64,000 bases of DNA from Lingula anatina (taxonomy: Eukaryota; Animalia; Brachiopoda): positions 22,940,001-23,004,000 of the forward strand of contig CM120646.1 of NCBI GenBank assembly GCA_051362555.1. The letters are read 5' to 3'. Every line of letters starts with the position of its first letter. The first letter of the stretch is position 1. Made by a program: the position numbers and the translations under genes. Shown here one piece after another: positions 1 through 15,165 of the stretch. The notes beneath the pieces are model-generated. The model saw only the letters and a list, made by a program, of their open reading frames with translations. It searched no databases and was not told the origin of the DNA.

Positions 1-3000
1 ATTTTTTTATGCTGCATGTATAAGGATACAGATTGCTCACAGTTATGTTGAAACTACACAAAATTCATTGAAGACTATTTATTTTTTTCGAGTTTGGAGA
101 TTGGCCACAGCATTTTGTGTGATATCATGTCCCTTTCTCTGTGACATGGAGGGAAGTTCTTGGTCTCCTGTGACGCAGAAAAGGAACTCGCATTTTCCAG
201 GATTTGTTGCAGTCAGTATCAGAACACTGAACATAGCATGGTGCCACTTTGGAGTGAATTAATTTTCGTCTGGAGAAATTGTTGTTGATTTTTCATTGTT
301 AGAATAATAAATGGTCAAGTGTGTTTCTCTTTTTTTTCCCTTTCATTTGTTTCATCTCATTTGGCATTTACAACCACTGTGCTGTTGTAAATTTCTTTAT
401 TGATACACATTTTGTGAGCTTGGAACCATAAAAAAAAAAGTAACGCAGTGTTACAACAAAGATAAGTTAAACTTTTATAAAGTCATTTATTACATTAGTA
501 TGATCACTTTACAAATTGAGGTACACACGTGATTGAAATATTGTACATCCAGAATTAGAACAATTTTTACTTGAACATTCATGTACAGTTACAATATAAT
601 TACATTGTCACTTCACATATATTTTATCTTAATGTTTAATGAGTCTAATTTGGACTCTTGTACACGGCGGATTAATACTGCAACAACCTACGTGAATGTC
701 TAATAGCGTTGAATCAAAAAGAATATATACATAAGGTTTTTGGGCTTTCCAGTGTCAAATCCTGAATAATTTGGCGTCTTGAGAACAGGCGAAGAATTTT
801 GTGAAGTTTATACAACATTATCAGACAATAATTAAAACCACTTCAAAGATTATCACTCAAAATGAAGCGTCAATGGCCAGCTGTCTACTACATACTTCAT
901 TTCTGTGATAAAATCATTGAAATCTAAATACAGACAGCTTCAAATTAAAAGATGCAGGCAAATCTTTTTAAAAAATAACCAAGATCCAAAAACCAAGGAA
1001 GGCATCAGTCCTTTAAGTAAAAAATAACTTTTGGTCGTCCGTATATTACTGTATAGCGTAACACCGAGCTCCTTTCTATCTACAGGCTATATTATCATAC
1101 TAATACTATACTGCTTCCCCTACAGCACCAGAAGATGTGTTAAAAATTCAAAATAAAACAAAATATAATACACAAATAAATGCTATTACTATTAAAGTTC
1201 AAACCTTCTGATACAATATCTTTTCTGCTTTACAAGTACATATATACAATAACGGTATGTCATTGTCAGTTCAGAATGACTATACCTTACAAAATGATTC
1301 TCTTTCTGGCCAAAACTAATAAGAAAACCTTATGTATAGATTTCTGCACAAAAAAATGTGACTGCAAATATGGATTTTTTTTTTCTTTTTTGTGATGTCC
1401 ACATGATAGGGAGAGATTAAGAAGTCATGTTCAGACCATAAAAGAAAATCTGGTTTAACACATTTCAATATTAATGTGTAAAAGATGCTCACCACAGTAA
1501 AATGTGACTTGTACAAAAATGTATTTCTTAAAAACTCAAATCATAATTAACACCACACTGAGCCTATCATATGAGATACGCGGGTATTCAATGCAGAACT
1601 AGAAGTCAATGTAGAAGAAATAGATATAATAATTATAATAATGAAAATAATTATAGCATATTGCAGAGAAAGTAAATGATGAAGATAAAAACACTTTTTG
1701 TGATCACGAAGCATTTGAAATCAAACAAACCAAATATGCAATACTCCTTTTGCAACTTGTAAAAAATTTGAGACTTGTCTTTGAGTCCATTGATGGGCTT
1801 TGTGAACAGGTGAATAGGAATGGTTCAAAAGCTTTGTAACACTGACAAATAAAATCCAAACAAAAGCTTTGCATGCCATAGTAGAGCAAAAGCTTTAAGC
1901 AGGTTGTAGTAGCAATATTGTGTTAGAGAAGACAGCACACTAAAACTACTGCACCCTTATATACAGCTTTATTGGAGCTTTCAAAAATTAAATCAAGTTA
2001 TTTTTAATATGGAAAAAGTTAATTTTAATGTAAAACAATATTGACGAATAAAAACTATATTTTATAAGAATGATATTTCCATGGTCTAACAAAAAGACCC
2101 TTTTTTCTTTTCCTTTTTTGCTGATGAACATCACGCACCCTACATGCCTAAAATCCTGATTCATTGAATATATTAATGTGTATAAACGATGTATCAAAAA
2201 AAGTTTGCAATTAAGTTACAAAATAAAAAGAAGCCATTACCCATTTTCAGGAACTGTCTACATAATTCTACGAACTTAAATTTTTTAAAACATTTTTATC
2301 ATTTATTGATTTATCATGACTTTTATAATTTCATATTCCCATTCTTATAATCTAAAGCTACAATATATGTGTAGATATTAAAGAAGCTGATATGTTTTTT
2401 AAAATCACGAAATGTACATCATTTTTTTAAACTTTGACATAACTGCCCCCAGATTAAGTGACTCTCTCAAGTCCCATACAGAACAGACGACTAACCAGTC
2501 CCAGGGTCAAACATGGTGACCCACTACAAAGCTTGCCATTTAATCCAATTATAGGCATCGAATAGGTATCCCGTGGGGAAGTATTCAAGTGGGTCGGCCA
2601 TATTTGCCCCTCTGACAAGTTAGTCCCCTATTCTGAATGAGGCCTTCGTTAATATTCTTATAATTTTCAAATGACTGCAAAGCAGAAAATGCACTGCCTG
2701 CTGTGAAAATGGCTACATTCCAATGGTAAAACTTGCCACTAGACTAGTAATAAAAACTTATGACCAGGGACATGGCCCATAAGCTTCAAAATGAAAACAT
2801 CTCAGTACACCTGAGCTTGGCTCTTGCTGGAGTAAGGTACTAGTAATTTATCTTCCAGAAGTGAGAGAGACATTTCATGATTCAGCCTTCGTTTAACACT
2901 TGTCTTAGACTACAGTGTAAAACAAAGCCATTTTCCCCTGAACAATTTCATATTATTATAAAGTTAATAAAAGCACAGCAAATAACCAGTTGAAGTTATA

Positions 3001-3389
3001 CAATAAAATTAGTGAGGATGAAACTTTAAAATTTTCACGATAATTCAACAAAAACAGGATCCATTAATCACGTTCCTAAAATCTGGTAAAAAAAAAGTGC
3101 TTTAAAATGGAGCAAGTCAACCACCAGTGACCTTGCTGGAAGTTAGTGATATGCCTTTGTGATTCAGATTATGATCATTTTCAAAAATGAAATTTTGCTC
3201 CTTTTTTTAAAAAAGTGTAATCCATATACAGAAGTTTCTGGGCTAAAAACTACAAAGTTTGCTGCTGTTACAACTTACAATTTACCCAATGCTGCACAAC
3301 TACTAAATTCTGACATCAAAAGGCATAACTACACCCAACTACACACAGGCATGTTGACTATTTTTATCAAAAGCGGTTTAATACTTCAG

Positions 3390-3655
3390 ATAATGACTCG
3401 ATCTTTTCAATGGGCAAAAATTATCAGACTTTCAGATACATCATTTTAAAATCATAAAAATTGTATATTCTTTACAAAAGCATTTGTGGTGCTTTTAATG
3501 CATAAAATAAAACTATAAGGTAGTCTGCAGCTGCTTCCTTTAAATTTTGTACTAACCATAGGAATTAATGCTCTTATTTTAAGAAATTATGACTTAAAAA
3601 TATGGTATCAGTAAAACTGACATTTTTCCCCATTGACAAGTCATTACCATATATT
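3390..3655 (+). repeat. Diverged dispersed repeat; second copy near 17585-17840
   Basis: Colinear similarity (caatgggcaaaaatt..ttcagatacat..aactata..cctttaaattt..gtatc..attacca). Confidence 0.55.
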
Positions 3656-4928
3656 CTGTTTCAAACTCTTTTTATTTCTGCGTATTCCGTGTTTTCAGGC
3701 ACTTTGAGTTGTGTTTTGCGTTTGGGTACTGCAGGTTTTCCGTGGATCTGAAGATCGGCATATACAATACCCTCCACATTTTTCTTCAAAGGCTGGAAAT
3801 AAAAACAGTGTTACATTGTTTACAGAATTTTACATTTCTTCTTGTTATATCTGTCACAATTTTCTACATACAAGCTGATATCACAAAAGAAACCAAAGTT
3901 TCACTCTCAATTAGTAACAAATCACATCAACATTTGATCAAACATGCTTCCTCACACCTGACAATTTTATGTTGAAGGGGATTGAAAAGGTCAAGGTTGC
4001 CAAATGGTTGGGTAAAGAATGAAATCATTTTCAATGGTTTGTTTCCTATCTAATTATAATTATTATAAGAAGGATTATACATGAAACATTTAAATAATTT
4101 GAATTAGCCACTGATAGATAAATCATGTTACGCAGATTTTTAAAAACTTCATATGAAAATGTCCATTTCCAAATCTTGCAATTTAGTGTGGCAAATCAAA
4201 CACAAAAGGAAATGTTTTTTTTTCTTTACCAATGCATAGTGAAGAGTTATTCACAGTACAAGATAAACCAACTGATAGGAATCAATATAACGGATTATGC
4301 AGAGGGCAATAACCATGAAAACATACTTCAATAGATTTCAACATGAATGAAATTTTACACATTTTACACACTTAAATCAAACAGATAAAAGTTTCACACA
4401 AACAAACACAATGGCCACCCATTAGTCATAAAAATATATGATTTAGAATACATAAATAAATGACGAATCATGCCCTACTTCTGTCTACACAACAACTACG
4501 TGTTAAATAAATATTTTTTTCTGCAAAACCAACTTTTGTTCACAAAAGAGGAAATTACAACTTTTTCAAAAATTAGTTGGTCCATCTGAGACATATCCAC
4601 AATTTACTTCAAGAAATTCAGTGTTGGTGCAAATGTTAATTTGATTTCAGGACCATTCCCAGACCCCACCTTCTCACTTAATCACAATCAACTCAAGCAA
4701 CCTAGATGTCGGTCACGCCTACTGAAGCAGATAGGGAGTAATTAATTATCATTTAGCAGCTTCAGTAGGCGTGCCAGACATCTAAGCCGCTTAAGCTGAA
4801 AGCAATTTAACAAGAAACCCCTTGGAGATGGATCAGTTCTGTTAGATTGACCTAGGTATGGGAACCCAGTCGTAGATGTAGGTAAATTGGTCTGCCTGTA
4901 TCTGTGTGTATGTGAGAGGACGGAGGAT

Positions 4929-5224
4929 TCAAGATGGCGGACAGTTCATGGTCCTGTCTTTTGTCTGAGAAGAACGTGTGATTGACCATAAAACATTTAT
5001 CACATACAACGAGATGTCATGCTTACTCTGATGATCACAATAACACACACACACAACAGTGACAACATCAAATATATCACATTGAATATAAACAGTGAAA
5101 TCATAATAAATAATAATGCTACTGTGTCAAAGAAAATGTTATCCCCAACTAAAAGCCATGACAACAACAATGGCGGACCTCTTCTCCCTCACCTGCTCTA
5201 AGGTCCAGTTTATTTGAGAAAGGG
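4929..5224 (-). CDS. Candidate terminal exon(s) of gene A (unresolved)
   Basis: Acceptors tttcttag|5224 (donor gtgagg after 5193) and ttctcag|4964. Joined in phase 0 to the 9260 exon they give PFLK* or TKDRTMNCPPS* (stop at 4929). The true choice cannot be determined without RNA. Confidence 0.3.
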
Positions 5225-8200
5225 CTAAGAAAATACAAGACATCTTAAGACAAAGCTGTTGTAAAAAGTGGAAAGAAAAAATAGAGTCGAGACAAGGAGA
5301 CTTTGTTATTTTTCAACATTATTAGATATATATTGGCCTGAAATGAAAGTCTGTTACAAAGACATATGAGACATTTACACTTGGTCCCAAAAACATAAAA
5401 CAGAACATGTTCCTGTTCTCATTTCTGAGCTTTCGATCTAAAATCTACTGTGTTGCCTAGACTGTGCTGACGAGTGTTGCCCAGACTGAGCTGGGTTTGC
5501 AATCTTCATACACGAATGGGAGATGCAAATAATCTTTTACCATTATTATTTTTCTAAACATAAATAATTGATCAATTTCATGGCCCATTTCAGAGAGATA
5601 ATTGGGCTGGAAGTCCAAATCCCTACTTTCACTTCAGTGCATTTGGTTCAGTTGTAGCTGTCACACCTAACACATTCCCCCTTTGGGCCACCAACTGCTA
5701 GCGCCACCTTTAATCTCCTCTTCAATTCCTTGAACAGTAATGTCCCTTTTTAGTGAAACAGTACCAGGATTTCTATTTTGACTTCGTACACAACAGGTTA
5801 ACCATTTTGCCACACCTTGTGTGTACAAACCTACTGAGCTGTGTCTTTCCCTACATTACAGGATATATAGACACCAGGGACTTTTAGTTGAGGGTCTTTT
5901 CAATTCTATGATATGAACTAAGGAAATATCTTTGCAAAATATGAAAAAGAAATTATGACGCTGGGACTTTTTCAAACATGGATTGAATACTAGTACTTTA
6001 AATTTGTTAGAAAGAAAATGGTTGCAACTTCTAAAAACAAATCTACAGATTGCAATTAATTATTATCATTTTAATTTTTTTGCTCTACATGATAAGGAAT
6101 GGCACCCACACTAAGTAATTATCAATAATGCACTCTGAGGAGAGAACGGCAATGCAGGTGCATGTTAAAAAAGGCCAGTAACGCCACACCTTTAACCTTG
6201 TGCCCAGCTTTGATGCACATAGCTCTGGGTCGCATTTCCACTTTACTTGTGACAGTTCAGCTCAGACTACACCAACTATGATAGGAGACCAATCTAACAG
6301 TGAGTGACCTATCCAAATGGCACTGGATGCAGCAGGGCAGTGAGGGTGATTCTCATGTTTATAAATCATTATCAAATGATTGAGGACGTCTATACTGAGT
6401 TAAAATGTCACAAATTGACTGGAAATGACCCCCAAATAGGCAAGTTTGCCTCGTCATTAATAGCAAAATGCGCTACAAAGACAAGCAAAAAAAAATTAAA
6501 AAATAAAATAAATCAGAAGTGGATCCAGGACTTCGAAGGATTTCTTTTTCTTTTTTAAAATTCTATACCTCTCTTGTGATGAAGGGTCTACAGGCAGTTG
6601 GGGTGGGCAGTGGGCAGAGAAGGCTGAGGACCCCCCCCCCTCCCTCTTCCTAACAGATACCTGGATCAACCCCTGCATGCAATGGCATTACAACAGCAAG
6701 GCATGCATTAAGCTAGAACAGCAATGGTTATCATATACCTGATGCTACCTATACGCTGGTTACTGCTGAAATAATGGCGACAATTCGGTTATTTTACTGC
6801 TGCAATCACGATGTCTTTTATGTCAATCTTAATCTATCATATGCAAATATAAATATCACATTTTTTTGTTTTGATTCCTAAAAAACAAACAACCTGCACA
6901 GACTGCAGTACTAAATATTCAAGAAATTCAATAATATTAATTTTTTTTTCTAAAACTGCAATCAAAAGGGATGAAATTGTATTTAATTATATTCTGAGAA
7001 CTGTATTTTTGACAATATTTTACTTGACAATGTATAATAAAAACAAATTATTTTATAATGTTTTCGAAGAAAAAAATGGATACCCCTGATATTATCTCCA
7101 TTCTTAGACTGAAAACACAAGAAGTATTATGTATATTGACTTAAACCCAAACTCTTACATCTTTAAACAGCGCTAGAGTGAAAAGCACATAAGAAAAAAG
7201 ATATCTTCATTGATTTTTTTCAGGGAGGAATGGCAAACAGTGTGAGACTGAGGCTTTTATGATCAATGTCAAAATCAAAAGATATCAAATATTCAGACCA
7301 ACAACTCATCCTCCTTTTATTACTTGGAAGAAAATAATCATAAGAATTTAGAAATGAAATATCAGACAAAACACCTGCAATAAAGGAGTGGCAAAGCAGA
7401 CAGACATTAGGAATGCACGGTTGAACAGATACACAAGACCCTTCCTGCAAATACTGAAATATTAACACCACCTGAATTTTCCTCGTGACACGTGCACGCC
7501 CTCGAGCTCTCTCAGGCATTAACGACACAATATCCCAGAAATCAATTTCAAGGAGCTAGCTCATCCGAGAAAATTCCTAATCAATATCAGATAGGGTCAA
7601 TTTTGCAAGAGCTGCTGAAGCAAATTAATAAAGATGATGCTAATCCGGCATGCTGCGTCAATGGAGGACCCATTATCAAGGCGTCTTCTGTGATTCTCGT
7701 CCACGCAGCACATGCCAGTCCTTAATCAGTAGGATGGGTATTAAATTGGCCCTGAAGGCACAGACATGCAATAGCATAGTAACGCAGGCAGTTAAGTATT
7801 TATAACTAATTGAGGTAATTGCAAATCCACTCGGTTTATGTCTTCGGATTTGGCTGCAATTTCGAGATTTCATGATGCTGTGTGGCGACCCCTATCCATG
7901 GGCCGGGGCACCTTTACCACCAGTGCATCCTGGGAAGTAGACTGTATCAACCCCATGCTGTTAGTTTATCCATAGTCCTGGACCACATATATAAGCAGAG
8001 ATTCCAAGATTTTGCTTTCTTTGACTTCAAGTTCAGCTAAAGCGTGCAGTCAATGTAACAAAAGTTATAAGTAAGGGCCCTTCATCTGCATGATCAAGAA
8101 TACATATATCTGCACACACACAGGGTGGCAATGCTGGTGCGAAAAAGCCATAATAAGTTTAAGCCCCTCCTCTGTATAATAAACACCATACATGACCCCA

Positions 8201-9259
8201 TTTCTAAGGAGGTGCTAATTAGCGTGTCCAAACTTGACAGCATGCAATATTGATGGAGTGTTATCCCCCTGTGGCTTGCGTGCAGCACACCCTCACATAA
8301 CGACCCCGCATGTAATATGCATGACTCTAGGATCGAGACGGCATTTCACGAACTATAGTACTATGTATGAGTTACTACAGAGTGGGCAATAATGAGAGAG
8401 GGTCTTAATGAGACAAATGGTCATCCACTGGTGAGCTATTTTCCTGTAAGTCTCTTTAACTCTCTTTTTATTCAATATTTACTTGATTAATAATGTTCAA
8501 CTTTTCCTTTTTTCATTCTTTACTTTTTCCTTTACTATATACCTCTTTTCATTATTCCTTCACACTAATATGCAAGTTCTTTTTGGGTTACATAAAGGAA
8601 AAACTTACTCCTTCCCCCCAAACTTTTGCCACTGTGAGAACACGAACCCTAATTTGCCCACCTTACACCTTCCCATGCCTGATGGCGCCACAGGCATGGA
8701 AGTCAACATACTCTTTTTTTCTTGAATATTCTGTTCAGCCAAACCATTCTAGAATTATTGGACGAAATAATAACCAAAATGAAGAGAAACCAATTAGAGG
8801 CCTATTCTTAAGTTCATGCTTCAGCATGAAAATGATTCCTTTCCTTTTTTTATCTAGTAGAGAGTTTCCCTGCCATTAGCCAAAGGGGTGGTTGCTGCTC
8901 TCTTGTTACCATAAAAATCAATGCAGTTATTTGTGAAAACAGCCAAGATCATCTGCTCCTTTGCCTTGACTAATAAAGTACAGAAAACACTAGACAGAAC
9001 AAGACAAAGTACATTTTAGTTTTTACCACTTTCAACAAAGATATCCTGAAAGTCCAAATACTATTACTGAAAGAAAACAACAAACAGACAAACAAACAAA
9101 AACCTTTAACATCAGTCCTAAAATATGATAGCTGTTTTTAAGATCAGGATTAAAAAAAAAATTATTGTAGTGTCATTGATAGTGTTATTTTATCAATTAG
9201 GAATTTAAATTGCTTAAAAGCAATGTGAAACACCTGTAGGTATAGTGTTATAAACTTAC

Positions 9260-12200
9260 ATCATCCTCCTTAGTAAAGTTGCCGTTCTTGTCATCCATAT
9301 GTTCTGGGCTACTGTAGCCATCATTGGGGGCGCCCTCTGCATCTGGTCTGGAAGTGAAAGTGAAAGGAGATAAACATATGATTTGTGTGCAGACAATTCA
9401 AGAAATAATTCATTAAATGACACAACAATTAAGAGAATAAAATGAGATGTCAATGCATTTTTACATTACTTAGGACATTTATCTTTATTGAATAGATTTC
9501 AAGAGTATCATTGTGAAGAAACACCCATTTTCTTTTCTTTTAACCTTTATAATGAAAAGCAACATACAAATAAAATACTAATTAAACACAAGTGGGTGAT
9601 GTAATTTTCTAATGTCAGATGGTTAGATGGTCATATTTGGTGACAGTATTTGACAATGTACATTAATTGAATAAATGATTATTGAGATTCAAAATTAATT
9701 TCTTCAGCATTCTGATCCCTCGTCGACTCGATCTGTATTAATTCAAAGTCACAGTCCAGTCGTATACAGTTTTTATTTAACCCCCTCCCCTCACTACTAA
9801 AAATCTTCTCTACGCATATTTCCTCGTAATTATAGTATTGTGGTTCTCTTTGATCATCATTAGGGCCTACGCTAACCTTCCCCATCATATACCAAACTAT
9901 GTGAGTGTGTACAGTGTAAATGTCAGTAATGTGGGGGTAACCTTCTCCACAGAGAGCCTGACATTCAGGCAGGGTCAGGACTACAGGTGGAGCTACTACC
10001 TTGTCTTTACTATGGTATTTGGGTGTTGAGAGAGAAAACAGCACCCTGGTCTAAATATACACCTCAGGACGGTGCTGGAAAGTGGTGGTTTTTCAGAAGC
10101 TTTGAATGATTTTGTTCATCCCTCGTGTGCAGTGTGAATTTGCAACTATTTACTTTTATTTTCTGATCTAAGGAAAAAGGTTTTTAACTTTCGTTTTCTG
10201 TTAGTAGTAATCAAAATTTATTTTAGTAGTTTACTTAGAAACATTTAATAAGTAAATATACAAAACAACAGGTTGTGAGTGAAAGTTTTGATCATTTTTG
10301 GGACATAGTCTTTTAGCCAGTCTGATGCACATAATTCATAACCAAAGGCCTAACTAATTAATTAATTTATTAATTACTTCTGACAACAGGGCCAAATATA
10401 GTGTTGGGATGCTCATGTTACAACTTGTTGGGGAGACTTGGAAAAGAAATCAATTTAACAGGTGTATTAAAAATACGCACAATTTTCTGGGTTATCAATA
10501 AACACGCTGATTTTCAAGTTAAAAGTGACAACATGAAATGGAAATTGCATGACAACATGGTCTGAAAACCAAACATCATGGAAGGTGATTAAGCATGCAC
10601 CACTGCACACCATCTGCAAATAAAAGCACGAAGACACGGAAAAAAGTTGTTTACTGATCACCGAAGTCTTTGATTTTTTTTATACAATCAACCAAAATAA
10701 ACATAATTATCTTAGGGTTGGGCACAAAATAAATAACCAAAGTGATATATTTACTTAAACTTTCAATAACAATTCAAATCAAACATGAGAAAAAAATATG
10801 AATAAAAACGGAGGAGACACATACACAGAAATCATGGTGATGAATAATACGGTTGTCCAAAAACTGATAATACGTAGAAATGTTGTGATGAATTCATTCT
10901 GGGCCATTCCATAGTAGTCTTGAAGAAGTATCATGGAATGGCCCTATAACAAATAATCTAAGATACCATACCTATCTTTGAATACACAGGCTTCATAGGT
11001 AGCCTGCTCCTGTGCATGTCTTAATACAAATTGGATAAAAATCACAATGAAAATATGATACAATCTTTGGTAAAATGTTAAATATTATGCAAAAAAATTA
11101 TTTCTATAAACCAAATTTAATCTCGTAGTCCATGGTACTTAAAATACATATCACCTACCAAAAGACCCATCTTGATTTTCTTTTTTATGAAATGGGCATG
11201 ATAGCTGCTGCTGGGAAAGCTAGCTAAATATAAAGCTTAAGCATGCAAATTTGTTTTCTGGATAGAAAAACTTACCAGAATCTTACCAAATCTGTTGAAC
11301 TTCAGATATTAAATAGCAATATAATCCATACAAACAATTATCAGAATGCCTCTTTTTGTCAATGAAGTTCCTTAAAAATGATCATGCAGCTAGTGTAACT
11401 ATTAAGTCTAAGGCTCCATTCCCATTTATACCTTCCAAGCTGTCACATCTAACACAATTTCACATCCAATGCAATGTCACATCCAAGGCAATGACACATC
11501 CAACACAATGTCACATCCAATGCAATGTCACATCCAACACAATGTCACATCCAACAATGTCACACCTAACTCAATGCCATCTCTATATTGTTTCTGCAGA
11601 ATTGTAGTATTCTCCAAGGAATCTTAATAATCTAATGCAAAATAATGCAAGCAATAAATCTGATAAACAAAGCTCATTTGAAGGGGCCCCTTCAATGTGT
11701 ATTATGCTACTGCTTTTGTTAAGGATAGTCAAACGCCATACTTTGTCATTATAAAAAAGCCTGTTATCTGTGCCAACAGAGACAGTCTGCCAGGTCAGTG
11801 TCATACAAATTTGACACTCCTTGTGACTGGTAAAAGGCATATGGTGCAATAGGCAAATGTGTTGGCTAGGTTGCAATCAGCTGACTATTCAGGTATTCAG
11901 CGGGGGATAGATTATTACCTGAACCACTTAGCGAGCACTTTCATAGCTCAGCAATGCCTGGGATATCTTAATAGCAACTTTGGCTCAGGCCAGAAAGCTT
12001 GTATTTTGTGACAAATATTTGCATTGATTGAAATGATTTGTACTACCAAATTACTGTAGTAAAGAAATCAGGTGAAAAATAACAGCAGCTACTTATTAAT
12101 ACCAATATGAAAGAGGTTATAGCACAGTGTCAGCATCTGGTTAAAACATAAGATTCTGAAGCAGAGATAGCTCAATGACTGAAAAATAGAATCATAAACT

Positions 12201-14796
12201 ACCAGAAGGTAATGCCAAACACACATATTAGTAGTTTTAATAACCCATAGCAGGATGCAAGGGAGGATAAAAATGTAACAAAAAAGGAAAACATCAAAAA
12301 TATCAGCTAAGTGACAATACTTTTATGCCTTTTTTTTTTTAATTGATTATTCTACCAGAAGAAAAACTGGTCAAGTTATCTCCTGGTTTTCACAAGTACT
12401 AGGCAAATAAAAATGCCAAGACCACTAAACATTTTCTTATATTTTCTCCCTCCTCCCCTCCCTCCCCCCCCCCCTCCCAGTAGACATAAGTCATTGCAGT
12501 GGGCTGTTGCAGATGCAGGGAAATGTTGAACCTTGTAGAGAGGGTGTCTGTCAATCAAGATAGTAAAAAAGAAAAAGGTGAAGGAAGAACAATTGAATAA
12601 GAACTCTACTTACACAAGGGAGTAGGTGTGCCCACTATCAGTGTGAGGACTGAAAGAAGCAACAAACCCCAAGTCATTAGAAAATTATATAATACACAAC
12701 AAAAACAAAATACAGAGACGCATTTCATTATTTCTTTTTTAATCCCACAACTGTTACGACTAATATTTGTTGCTAAACCAAAAGGGAAAAGCTGATGTAA
12801 TATATGTTTGTTTTTACTTCAACAAAGCAATTGTACACCTGTTAGAAATATAAACAGAATGAAGCCATACAATACACTGCTGTACACATATTTAGATATC
12901 ACACAATATGGAAAGTTTGGGTTTCTATTTTGGTTTCACTTTCACATCTTGAATGTAAGTGTAGGTGAAAATTCTCCCTATCCCCCTTTTTTTTTCATTT
13001 TCCTGTCTCGGTCACCTTAGACCCCATTTCCAGAGATAAGATCGATCTACTTAAGATCGACCTAACTCCCTAGGGGTTCACGCTAAATAGCTGTCAGCCG
13101 AGCGGGCACGAAAGTTAATTACCCCCTTCCAGTTTGTAGTAGGCGTGACGGACATTTAAGCCGGATTATCTGACAGTAATCTAGTGAGACTCCCCGCGGG
13201 GATAGATCGATCTAAAAGCTCTGGGAATACTCCCTTAGTCCCATACCAAAAAGGACCGTCCGCCCTGCCCCCCCCCCCCCCCCCCCCCCCCCAAGCCTTC
13301 ACCATACACATGCATGATATTTAGTACTACTCATGCATAAATAATGATGAAAATTAAAGAAGGACAGATACAAATGTTAGTAGGATTAGTATTAAATGTC
13401 AGGACGGCACCTGGGGGTTTTCTTTACTTCATTCTAGAACATTTTCTCCACATCTGCATTCTGTTTTGCCTTTTACCTTCACAGATATTTGCAATTGTAT
13501 CAATAATTCACTACCGAGTTATCAGAATATAATTTCAGTAACTTGGTCTCATCATTCAAGGAAGAGAAATGTTCTGGACTCGTACTACGTACTAGAAGTA
13601 CTAAATGATTTAATAGCTCAAGTAGATTTCTTTGCAAGATTGCTTGACTATGTTGTAGCTGTAACAGTTCCAGTATTTGCACAACTGGTCTTGGACACAC
13701 ACACACACAAACACACACGGCCAATTAATTAACTTAATAACACAGTAGAAAGTGTACTTGTTGAAAACTTGTGAAAGGAGTAACACCCCCTGTGGCGTAA
13801 TGACATGTTACAACCTGTCAAAGTTGACCCCTCTGCTCAAGTGAATCACACGCTGTGAAACTAAGGGACCATTCTCATACCTAGATCGATCTAGCAGGAT
13901 CGACCCACCTCTGAGGAAATCTCAATAAATTGCATTCGACTTAAACGGCTTAGATGTCTGGCATGCCTACTGAAGCTGCTAAACAATAGTTTTTTACCCT
14001 CTTACACTGTCAGTTGGCATGCCAGACATCAGAGCCGTTCAAGCTGAATGCAATTTAGCAAGAAACCCCTCGGGGATGGGCCGATCCTGCTAGATCAACC
14101 TAGGTATGGGAATGGAGTCATAGAAACAATGACTAAAACAGATCACACAAAAGATAGACACGAGTTTTCACTTCGGCCAGATACTATTTTCAGTATCAAT
14201 AAAGCACACTTTGCTTTTTATTAATAATAAAATATACATCTGTCCCACCTGTAAAAATTTCCTATTGACTCAGAGATTCTATCAATAACAATTCTTACGC
14301 TTTCACTGTGTACTTTTTGTTGGAAACTAGACGGTTTATTAATAATTTCTACATGAGATAGTTGGTATTTTTCTAGTCTCCAGTCTGGCTAGGAATTCCC
14401 CTCCAGCTATGTGTACAATGTGATGCGCCTGACCTTGCATTTTCTCTGTGATTACAAGCATGGCGTAAATAAACACTATAGCTTCCGCAGCACAGAAAGA
14501 TAAATAGTGGAAATTCATATTGCTTTTTCTCTCTTTCTTTCTCTCTCTCTCTTTCTTTTTTCAGTGGCTCGCCCACATAAAGATTTACCCAACAGTTAAT
14601 GGATGAGTCACAAAAAATAAGATGGCTTTTTTTTGAAGTTAATAACTTGCACATTTAACTACAAGAATAATGTTCTATTCACCTTCATAGATTCTCACTT
14701 TCAGAAGGTAGCAAGACTGAACCAGGGCTCCACAAGATCTCTGAACAGACATTTGTAGATCTGGAAAACTACTTGTTCCTGTCCAAAATCACCTTT

Positions 14797-14849
<53 letters not shown>

Positions 14850-15128
14850 GGGGGGAGAGAGAGAGGCTCAGGATGCCAGGCGATAAGTAATCTACATAAA
14901 TTACTTGCATTTGCAGGCAACTTTGACTTAGTAAGTAAATTCTCTATGACAGGAGGGGCTTCAGAGATCATTTCCCTGGGCAAGTAATGATAACATCAGT
15001 GGCAAACAGTCTATTTTATCTCAGGTGTCATCTCCTTGTGAACAGTAAACAACCACTGGGAGAGCTGCTTATAGTTTTTGATTAATCCAAAAAGTATGTG
15101 TATCCATTACCTACTAGTATGGTTATTC

Positions 15129-15165
<37 letters not shown>

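Noticed and set aside
68-9200. Numerous 60-128 aa ORFs
   Set aside because: Composition is typical of chance ORFs in AT-rich non-coding DNA, with no domain motifs; probably intron, 3' UTR or intergenic sequence.
11443-11580. Regular short repeats resembling a CRISPR array
   Set aside because: Head-to-tail minisatellite without unique spacers, in eukaryotic intronic DNA with no cas genes.
12614-12649. Calling HTYSLV a canonical ITIM or ITSM
   Set aside because: The -2 position is His rather than I/V/L/S or T; retained only as a YxxV motif.
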